DNA of 64,000 bases. Source: an uncultured bacterium (GTDB taxonomy: Bacteria; Abyssobacteria; SURF-5). The position numbers and the translations under genes were made by a program. The stretch is from NCBI GenBank assembly GCA_964607485.1, contig CAZSKP010000014.1:49441-113440 (forward strand), read 5' to 3'. The notes below the pieces were generated by a model that saw only the letters and a program-made list of their open reading frames with translations, had not been told where the DNA came from and made no database searches. Below are positions 56,592 to 64,000 of the stretch, piece after piece. Every line of letters starts with the position of its first letter. The stretch's first letter is position 1.

Positions 56592-57820
56592 CTTTTCTCC
56601 CACCTGTCCAGCAGATACGGTTTTTCTTTTTCATAAAGCTCCGCGACGCCTTCTATCACCTTCTCGGCCTCGGCGGTGCTCATCTTCTCGGTCTCCCTCA
56701 CAAACCCGCCGGTGCGGCCGAAGTACAGGGGCGTGAGCGAGTCCATGAGTTTGCCGGGCTCAAGCGCCTCCGAGTTGTATGCAACGGCGAACTCGTACAC
56801 GAGCCTGACCCACAACCGCGCGGGAAAGGAGAACGAGCCCTCGTCGAGCCGGGCGGCGGCTTCCACGTTCGACAGCGTGTCCTTCGATAGGAATTCTTTC
56901 CACAGCGCTCTGTTGGCTTTCACGCCATCCTTGAACTTCTGAATGAGAGGACCCGGCGCGACGGTGACGGGTTCCGGCTCCTGGTCGAAGGAAGGTCCGA
57001 CGGCCGGCACCGGCCGGCTGCCTTTCACGCCGACCCACTTGTCCTCGTATCTTCCCATCATTGCGAACATCGTGCCGACCACCTGCCTGAACATCGGCGC
57101 GAGGTCGCTTGGATTTTTCGGGTCGTGTATTTTCGCGCCGAGGTTCGCCTGCCGGATGTCGAAGCCTTCGTTGACGGCGGTGGTCGTCATGAAGATGTCG
57201 ATGCCGTAGCGGGCCGTCTCGGTGCCCCAGACGTCTTTTCCCAAATACGACTCGGCCAGCTTCATCGATACTCCGAAATCGCCCCCGATGGGCTGCCGGA
57301 CGCGTTTGCCGTAGAGCGCTCGCGTGAGCGGATAGGCGAGGCTGTTCGTGATAGTGCCGTCGTATTTGTGCCTGAGATAGAGGGGAGTCACGTAACCGGC
57401 CCCATCCTTCACGATGGGTTCCGCGAGCAGCTTAATCCATTCTGGCGTGATGCTTCTCAGGTCCGAATCAACGACGACGCAGCCGCGGGCTCCCAGCATC
57501 ACGCACGCCTCGAAAATGGCCTTGAGCGCTGTCCCCTTGCCGGGCATGCCCTGATACTCGGCGGCCAGTTTGTGCACGTGCCCGGGAGCGGGCGCCTTCA
57601 GGAACACATCGCGCGTGTCGTCGAACGAGCCACCGTCGGAATTCATCAGGAGCGCCTTCGCGCCGGAGAAATGCTTGGCGAGCCCGTCGGCGGCGGATTG
57701 GGCGACGCGGCCTATGGTGTGGGCATTATTGTAGCTGGGAACGCCTACCACGACGTCGGCGCTTCCGATTTTCTCAAGGAACGCTCTCGCTTGATTGTCA
57801 AGAGCCGACTGAGCTGTCAT
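56588..57820 (-). CDS. GT2/GT-A glycosyltransferase, glucosylglycerate synthase (Ggs)-like
   Basis: VGVPSYNN, DGGS.D.T, GKGTA, VDSDLRSITPEW, RHKYDGTITN, RQPIGGDFG, GIDI, KIHD.K. Confidence 0.8.
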   Translation of the reverse strand: MTAQSALDNQARAFLEKIGSADVVVGVPSYNNAHTIGRVAQSAADGLAKHFSGAKALLMNSDGGSFDDTRDVFLKAPAPGHVHKLAAEYQGMPGKGTALKAIFEACVMLGARGCVVVDSDLRSITPEWIKLLAEPIVKDGAGYVTPLYLRHKYDGTITNSLAYPLTRALYGKRVRQPIGGDFGVSMKLAESYLGKDVWGTETARYGIDIFMTTTAVNEGFDIRQANLGAKIHDPKNPSDLAPMFRQVVGTMFAMMGRYEDKWVGVKGSRPVPAVGPSFDQEPEPVTVAPGPLIQKFKDGVKANRALWKEFLSKDTLSNVEAAARLDEGSFSFPARLWVRLVYEFAVAYNSEALEPGKLMDSLTPLYFGRTGGFVRETEKMSTAEAEKVIEGVAELYEKEKPYLLDRWEKR

Positions 57821-57892
57821 CGGGATTGCCTCCTGACTGGATAGAGTTTGCCAAGGATATTACGGTATCCAAGAATCAGTCGTCTCACACGG

Positions 57893-59104
57893 CTAGGCAT
57901 TGTCCTCTCTTACCGTTTCGAGCAGCATATCCAGGAAGTCCGGGATGGCGGAGGTCACGCGGCTCCAGTTGGGTATCTGTGGAGCTCCGAGCGGGTCTTC
58001 CAGAAACGTTTTTCCGGAAATTTCGATTCCCCGCGTGAACGCTTCGACTGCGGTTACCTCGCTGTGCATGTCGAAATTCAGTTTGTTTATCTTGGCATCG
58101 TCGTGGTACCTCTTGACCGTCTCCTGAGCGATCCTCAGATAGCTGGCGATGAGGGTTTTGAAAAAGGCTTCCGAGAAGACCACGCCCTCGCTTGCCAGCG
58201 TGCGGAAGAGAACCTTGCCTATGTCGATGCTCATCTTGAGCAGCCCCTTGGCCGGGTCGTCGGGCGAAAGCGGCTGATGTTTGTGTTCGTAGTTTTCGCA
58301 GAGGTCCGCCTGACAGATACGTTTCATCGAGCAGTTGCGATACACCTCGGCCAGCGTGCCCACCTCGAGGCCCCAGTCGCCTGGCACCCTGTTTACGCGG
58401 GCGATGTCGGTTATCATCGAGAACTCCCCCGCCAGCGGATACCGGAAGCTGTTGAGATAATCGAGAAACGGCAGATAGCCGAGAATATTTATGAGCGACC
58501 TCACCATCGGAAAAACGTAAAGGCGCGTCACTCGCCCGTGCATGCGGTCGGACACGCGGCCGTAGAAGCCTTTGCAGAATTCATAATCCATGTCCGGGTT
58601 CGTGCAGGGGTAGCAGAGCCGGCCCAGCAATTCGCGGGTGTAGTTGACGATGTCGCAGTCATGGAGCGCGATTACCCAGCATTCGCCCTTCGCTATGACG
58701 TATCCGTAAGCGGTCCAGGCCGAGCGCCCCTTTCCGTCCCCGCCGACTTTCAGGTCGTGCTTTTCAAGCAGCTTGTAAAGCTTCTGCATTCGGGGGCCAT
58801 TGCACCAGATGAGCACACGGTTTGGTGGAAGGGCGGAGGCAAGTTTCCTGGCCTCCTCGAACTGTTCCCTATTTTTCGTCAATCCGAGAGTAATGACGAA
58901 CTCCTTTACGTACTTGATGTTACTGAGCTCCCGAAAAATGTCCTTGCACGCCGGCGCATGAAGGTCCGAGTACGTGACCGGAAGCACGAGCGCAATCGGG
59001 CGGTGGCGCGACATACGCTCGAGCTCCAGCTCCAGTTGCTCGATCTGCGGTTCTCCCAACCTGTGCAGGGTCGACACGATCCCGGTCTGATAGAAATCGC
59101 TCAT
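57893..59104 (-). CDS. gpgS: Glucosyl-3-phosphoglycerate synthase-like glycosyltransferase
   Basis: MSDFYQ.G.VSTLH, GKGR.AW, LHDCDI, FCKGFY, GRVTRL, FRYPLAGEF, WGLEVG.L.EV, YEHKHQ. Confidence 0.82.
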   Translation of the reverse strand: MSDFYQTGIVSTLHRLGEPQIEQLELELERMSRHRPIALVLPVTYSDLHAPACKDIFRELSNIKYVKEFVITLGLTKNREQFEEARKLASALPPNRVLIWCNGPRMQKLYKLLEKHDLKVGGDGKGRSAWTAYGYVIAKGECWVIALHDCDIVNYTRELLGRLCYPCTNPDMDYEFCKGFYGRVSDRMHGRVTRLYVFPMVRSLINILGYLPFLDYLNSFRYPLAGEFSMITDIARVNRVPGDWGLEVGTLAEVYRNCSMKRICQADLCENYEHKHQPLSPDDPAKGLLKMSIDIGKVLFRTLASEGVVFSEAFFKTLIASYLRIAQETVKRYHDDAKINKLNFDMHSEVTAVEAFTRGIEISGKTFLEDPLGAPQIPNWSRVTSAIPDFLDMLLETVREDNA

Positions 59105-59157
59105 TCACGACCTCCTCTCCGTCCCGTCCCACATCCGCCGTGTCGGCGAGCGCGGAA

Positions 59158-60978
59158 CTAAAAGAGCAGCCTTATTCTTTCAGGCGTGCGATATCTCTCA
59201 ATGAGCGCCGCGTGGCTTTCAGGCCCGAGCGAAACGGACGCGCACGGCTTCCTGTACAGCGAGTCCCCCAGCTCGAAAAGATGTTCCAGACGCCGGGCCA
59301 TTGCTTCCAGAGAATATTTCGAGCACACGCCCGCGCGATTCCTCTCAATCAAATCGGAGGCGCCGTCATCAAGCAGGCGAAATGTGGTCCCGACCGCCGG
59401 ATTGCGGTCAATAAACCGGCCCCCCAGAGCCGGCTCACCGGCGAGCCGGTCGAGCTGCTCGAGCTGCATTTCGACGCCGAGGTCGGCGAAATCGACGCAA
59501 TCGTCCCCTCCGGAGCGGAATACTTTCTCTTCTATTATTGCGGCAATCGCCGGGCGTGTCAACTTGTCAACCCGACTCCGGCCGCCGACCAATTTGTTCA
59601 TCTTCTTTTCGTATGCTTCGAGCAACCTGTCGCGCAAGCCGGGCAGGTCGGCGAGCGAAACGGCGAGCCGGTCGTACAGGTGATCGAAGCTCATGCCGTT
59701 GTTCTCAAAGTCGAGCACTATTTCGGCGATCCTTCTCCCGACCACGAGCTTGCGGCTGAGCCAGCCTTCGTGGTACATGAGTCCGAATCCTTCCACAATC
59801 GAAGTCGTCACGACGGCTGTGCAGAGCGCATGCAGGTCGCTCATGCTGAACGCTTTGACCGACCCATTCTTTATCGTCCTCCGACCCGTCCCGGATACGA
59901 TGTCCCTTCCGAAGCCGATGACGACCGGCATGCCCCGGCTGACGGCAAACTTCTTCAGCCGCCGCGAGTAGGCGATGTCGGGCGGCGAGTTGGCGTCGAG
60001 CGTTATGAGGAGCTGGTAGCCGCGTCCCAGATGTTTGAAAAGCGTCAGCAGCAGGAGCGATTCAACGATGTTCTTTCTCCTCATCGCTTTGACGGGTGAG
60101 AGCAGGATGGATAGAGAGTCGTCGAAGACCTGATTCGACGACGAAGCGCAGTCCGCGAGCCTCTTCAACATCATCTTCTTGTAGTCTGCGCGCGGGAGCC
60201 CCAGTTCCGCAAGCTCACGCTCGTCTTGCTCCCACAGAGGCTTCTGCTCAAATTGGCTCACGTCGATCGGGTCGGGCAAGAGGAAGATCCTGTCGCCGGG
60301 GATGCCGATTCGGAGCAGGTTCTCCGTGTCCGCGCTGTTTATGGTGAGGTACACAACATTAGAGCCGATGGGATACATGAAGCTGCGCGCGAACGCCTCG
60401 TCGCGACGACCGGTGCATGTGAAGAACGCCTTCAACTGCTCCGGCCGATTGTTTTCGGCAAAGTCGTGAACCTGGTTGACAAGCCAGAGCGGCAGCGACC
60501 GGTCTGTCGCCATCTCCGCGATTCGCTTGAACGCCATCGTCGCGACGGGATTCTTGCCGAGGGAGATGTTATGCGCGTGGAGCACATATGGACAATCCGG
60601 CCCGGCTTCCCGGAGGTCGAGCCAGCGAAGAATGTCCCCGGCGAGCTTATCCGCGGCTCTCAGGAACGATGCGCGGTCCGGATAGGGCTTGCTGCGATAG
60701 GCGAGCGATGGCACATCCACTATTCTCACTTCCCCCCGGTCGCCCTCGGTCCCGGCGGGCTCAAACGTTTTCTTTGCGCGAGAGTCGGAGCCGACGCCGG
60801 CTATCACGTCAATTTGAAGCGACTCATACCTCGAATGCCTCCGGAGCGCATTCGCCGTGTCGCGCATGACTGACACGACGCCGCCCGGCTTGAGGTGGTA
60901 GTGCATCATGCCCAACCTGAGCCGTTTCCTGCGTGGCCGCACAGGCTTAATGTCGAGCAGGTCTTTCGCCATCTTCAC
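59158..60978 (-). CDS. GT-B (GT4-like) glycosyltransferase
   Basis: HYHLKPGGV, HAHNISLGKN, HDFAENNR, PVKAMRRKN, TTSIVEGFG. Confidence 0.85.
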   Translation of the reverse strand: MKMAKDLLDIKPVRPRRKRLRLGMMHYHLKPGGVVSVMRDTANALRRHSRYESLQIDVIAGVGSDSRAKKTFEPAGTEGDRGEVRIVDVPSLAYRSKPYPDRASFLRAADKLAGDILRWLDLREAGPDCPYVLHAHNISLGKNPVATMAFKRIAEMATDRSLPLWLVNQVHDFAENNRPEQLKAFFTCTGRRDEAFARSFMYPIGSNVVYLTINSADTENLLRIGIPGDRIFLLPDPIDVSQFEQKPLWEQDERELAELGLPRADYKKMMLKRLADCASSSNQVFDDSLSILLSPVKAMRRKNIVESLLLLTLFKHLGRGYQLLITLDANSPPDIAYSRRLKKFAVSRGMPVVIGFGRDIVSGTGRRTIKNGSVKAFSMSDLHALCTAVVTTSIVEGFGLMYHEGWLSRKLVVGRRIAEIVLDFENNGMSFDHLYDRLAVSLADLPGLRDRLLEAYEKKMNKLVGGRSRVDKLTRPAIAAIIEEKVFRSGGDDCVDFADLGVEMQLEQLDRLAGEPALGGRFIDRNPAVGTTFRLLDDGASDLIERNRAGVCSKYSLEAMARRLEHLFELGDSLYRKPCASVSLGPESHAALIERYRTPERIRLLF

Positions 60979-61009
60979 GATCGCCCTTCGGCCGGCTTCG
61001 TGCCGAGCT

Positions 61010-61957
61010 TCATCCGACGATTTTCAGAAGCTGCGGCAGCGACTCTATCACGCCGTCCGGCTCGAAGCCTGCGCACTCCGGACGGTCTTCCCTCATGGTG
61101 AGGCTCTCTCTGTCCCCCGCGAAGAGCACGCACTTGAAGCCGACCCTGCGTGCCGGAACCATGTCGTTGAGAACGTCGTTGCCCACGTACAGGACGCGGG
61201 CCGGCTCGATCCCCATTCTCCGGAGGCGGTCGCGGGCGCGCTCGAACGCAAGCGGGTTCGGCTTGGACACGCCGAGGCGGTACGAAAAGAACACGAGCCG
61301 TCTGTCGAAGAGGTCGCGCATCGGTTCGGCCGCCCGACTGCCCGCCCGGCGAAGGAGCATGTTGATGGCGATGGGAGTGTAGAACTGGGCGTTCGATATG
61401 ATTCCCTGCCGGAGCCCGAGCCCTTTAACGCCCTCGAGGGTCTGGCGAGCGCCCGGGTAGAGGACCTTGGTCTGATAGACATCGTCGAAGAAATAGGCGA
61501 CTCTGAGGGCCAGGTCAAGCTCGGTCTCACCCCTGCTGATTCTCGGCTTGTACCCTTTCGTTTCCAGCTTCTTCAGTATTTTCAGCCATGTCCGCTCGAT
61601 GTTCACCTCCGGCGAGAACACGCCTCGGCTTTGCTTGCGCCGGTGGGTCCTTTCAATTTCCCGGAAATACAGTTCCATGAGCTTTTGCGCCGGGTCGCCG
61701 TCCAAGTACCTCTCAAGCCCAAACTCCCTCGCGGTCAGCCTGAACGTGCCTCGCATCGTCTCCTTCTTCGTGAGGAAGTCCTCCAAGTCAACCGCCGACA
61801 GCGCCAACAGCGTGCCGTACACGTCCCACAGGACGGCCCGCACATCCTTCATCCTCGGGAGCCGGCTGGGAACGCTGGCCGGCACAACCGCGTATTTTCT
61901 CCGCCGGAACGGCCTTCTGGCCTGCCGCTCCGCATATTTTTCAATCGATGTGTTCAT
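61010..61957 (-). CDS. HAD-superfamily phosphatase
   Basis: WDVYGTL, ISNAQFYT, SKP, YVGNDVLND. Confidence 0.88.
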   Translation of the reverse strand: MNTSIEKYAERQARRPFRRRKYAVVPASVPSRLPRMKDVRAVLWDVYGTLLALSAVDLEDFLTKKETMRGTFRLTAREFGLERYLDGDPAQKLMELYFREIERTHRRKQSRGVFSPEVNIERTWLKILKKLETKGYKPRISRGETELDLALRVAYFFDDVYQTKVLYPGARQTLEGVKGLGLRQGIISNAQFYTPIAINMLLRRAGSRAAEPMRDLFDRRLVFFSYRLGVSKPNPLAFERARDRLRRMGIEPARVLYVGNDVLNDMVPARRVGFKCVLFAGDRESLTMREDRPECAGFEPDGVIESLPQLLKIVG

Positions 61958-62354
61958 AATCCGGGAAAGAAGTTCAGCGCCGATGATGTATGATGACAGG
62001 TCGCCTCAGCCGACGTTCACACTTACATTACTATAACCCGAACGCCGCAAGCCATCTACCGTGTTCGGCCTCATTATAGGGGCGGCTGATTGTGTTGTCA
62101 ATTTGCAGGATTGTGGCATTTCACACACCGTTGGTCTGAAAGTGGGCAAATACCCCAGTGGCATGCGGGAGCCGCAAAGATACCGAATGTCGGAATCGTC
62201 GGGAAAATCAAGGAGTTGCGTTATTCCCTCATGGCGTCGCGTCCCGGGCACGGAAATTGCCTTGATAGTCCCCGACAATGCTTGTCTTCGGTGGGCCTTC
62301 AATAATCGATGACGCCGCCGAATCCGAAATTTTCATGTCCGTAAGGAGAACACC

Positions 62355-62804
62355 ATGCAGAAAAAGTGGAGAACTTGGCTGCTCGCAGGAGCGGGAATAG
62401 CGATATTCGTACTGGGGACCCCGCTGGCTCAGAAGGTAGCGGCCAGCGCGGGCGATGCGGTCGCGAAGACCGAGAAGGCCCCTGCGGCGGCCCCCGAGGC
62501 CCCGCACTCTCAGGCGATCCGGGTGGGCGACCGATACCTTCGAATCATGCCTATGAAAGACGGATCACTCGGCGCGTTCCTGTACGATTCGGCGTTCAGG
62601 TTGATAGCCGCCAACGAGAACGATGCGGCTCTGACGTTTGCCCTGCCGAATGGGGAGAAACAGACGATAAAGATTACTGCGCCCGTCATGTCCTCAACGT
62701 GCTCGATGGAAGAACATGCCGGCGACGCCGACTGCTGCGCGACCGAGCCGGGCGGCGTACCCCACGAAAACTGCGACCACGAGAAACAGGCTCCGCAGGA
62801 ATAG
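62355..62804 (+). CDS. Secreted hypothetical protein with a Cys/His-rich tail
   Basis: AAGGAG RBS, signal peptide, tail CSMEEHAGDADCC...HENCDH. Confidence 0.7.
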   Translation: MQKKWRTWLLAGAGIAIFVLGTPLAQKVAASAGDAVAKTEKAPAAAPEAPHSQAIRVGDRYLRIMPMKDGSLGAFLYDSAFRLIAANENDAALTFALPNGEKQTIKITAPVMSSTCSMEEHAGDADCCATEPGGVPHENCDHEKQAPQE

Positions 62805-62810
62805 GCGACG

Positions 62811-64000
62811 CTATCTAACAACCTCGGGTCTAGGAAGCGGCTCCGAGTTTGCCTCGAATGTGAATGCGGCGCGGAGGAGCGTCGCCTCGTCGAACGCCTT
62901 GCCGACGAGTTGAAACCCTATCGGCAATCCTTCCTTCGTGAGCCCGCAGGGGAGCGATATCGCGGGCAGCCCGGTCAGGTTGGACGGGCAGGCGAAACGA
63001 AGAAGAGTCATATCCACGTCGGCTTCCATCCCTCCGACCGACACGGTGGTTGCGCCTATGGGCGGGGCAGGAATGGCCGCCCCGGGCAGCGCGAACACGT
63101 CGATTTTCTTGAAGGCCTCGGCGAATTCCTTCCGGATAATGCTCCGGAGGCGCTGCGCCTTCAGGTAATGGATCGCCGAGAACGCCGCGCCCGCCTCCAG
63201 CAGCCTGCGCACGTCGTCGCCGTAATCCGCGCCCCGATTCCTCAGGTTGTCCTCGTGATACGAGGCCGCCTCGGTCGTGATGAGGACCGACTCGACGGCG
63301 GAAGTGAGCTCGACGCTCGGCAGGCTGACCTCGACGATGCGGGCGCCGAGTTTTTCGAACAGCTTCAGCGCGCGCTTGACACCCTCCGCAACCTCTTCGT
63401 CCACGCTCCCGAAACAGAAAGGTGGTTCTATTCCGACCTTGAGCTTCTTGACGCCGTCCTTGAGCGTTCTCGCAAAGTTTGGAACCCTCTCTCGCGCGCT
63501 CGATGGGTCGTTGGGGTCGTGACCCGCCATCGCCGAGAGCATGACGGCCGCGTCGCGCACGCACTTCGTCATCGGGCCCGCGTGGTCGAGCGACCATGCG
63601 AGTGGAACGACGCCGTGCACGCTCACGCGCCCAAAGGTCGGCTTGAGCCCGACGATTCCGCAGAGGGCCGAAGGCGTGCGAATCGAGCCGCCCGTGTCGC
63701 TGCCGGTGGAGGCGATGCACATGTCGGCCGCCACGGCCGCCGCCGAGCCGCCGCTCGAGCCGCCGGGGATGCGTCCCGTGTTGTACGGATTGCGCGTGCC
63801 TCCGAAGTGCGGGTTCTGCGTGGTGCCGCCGAATGCGAATTCGTGCATGTTCGTCTTTCCGATTATGACCGCGCCTGCCGCCCGCAGTTTCGACACGGCG
63901 GTCGCATCGGCGTCGGGAATCCAGTCGCGCAATATCTTCGAGCCGGCGGTCGTGCGCAATCCCTTTGTCTGATACAAGTCCTTGTGGGAAATCGGAATGC
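62811..64000 (-). CDS. Amidase signature family protein (GatA-like); 5' end outside the window
   Basis: GIPISHKD at the edge, GKTNMHEFA, PGGSSGGS, GSDTGGSIR. Confidence 0.93.
   Translation of the reverse strand, partial: IPISHKDLYQTKGLRTTAGSKILRDWIPDADATAVSKLRAAGAVIIGKTNMHEFAFGGTTQNPHFGGTRNPYNTGRIPGGSSGGSAAAVAADMCIASTGSDTGGSIRTPSALCGIVGLKPTFGRVSVHGVVPLAWSLDHAGPMTKCVRDAAVMLSAMAGHDPNDPSSARERVPNFARTLKDGVKKLKVGIEPPFCFGSVDEEVAEGVKRALKLFEKLGARIVEVSLPSVELTSAVESVLITTEAASYHEDNLRNRGADYGDDVRRLLEAGAAFSAIHYLKAQRLRSIIRKEFAEAFKKIDVFALPGAAIPAPPIGATTVSVGGMEADVDMTLLRFACPSNLTGLPAISLPCGLTKEGLPIGFQLVGKAFDEATLLRAAFTFEANSEPLPRPEVVR

Noticed and set aside
1-64000. CRISPR array, rRNA, transposase or integrase genes
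   Set aside because: No regularly spaced repeats or corresponding motifs were seen by eye.

Overview
Bacterial chromosomal window, mostly minus-strand genes, from what looks like an anaerobe with a GC-rich core and two visibly more AT-rich segments (about 1-7.8 kb and 51-55 kb). From left to right it contains: (1) a truncated hybrid sensor kinase with a heme-c motif, ending near a tRNA-Pro 3' half that looks like an att site; (2) an sxtJ/sxtK/carbamoyltransferase/SGNH module; (3) a very unusual two-gene operon; (4) TetR, aminotransferase, PLP enzyme and an RraA/IlvD divergon; (5) a thiolase-like/DUF35/acyl-CoA dehydrogenase operon; (6) xylA-xylB-GH3; (7) aroK; (8) a MerR-led operon with a GMC oxidoreductase, an ACS-beta-like fragment, a CooC-like ATPase, a radical 2-hydroxyacyl-CoA dehydratase with activator, and SCP2; (9) an ABC exporter; (10) recO and two pilT paralogues; (11) a low-GC N6-methyltransferase plus small nuclease cassette; (12) a five-gene glucosylglycerate-type compatible-solute cluster; (13) a truncated amidase. 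The standout is item 3. One gene encodes a ~1760-aa protein that fuses an unknown domain, a degenerate GAPDH, a divergent GAPDH and PGK. The next encodes a dikinase with the PPDK ATP-grasp and phospho-His domains but no pyruvate-binding barrel, preceded by a ~500-aa region resembling the core of plant phosphoglucan water dikinase. All calls come from reading motifs by eye; no searches were run.
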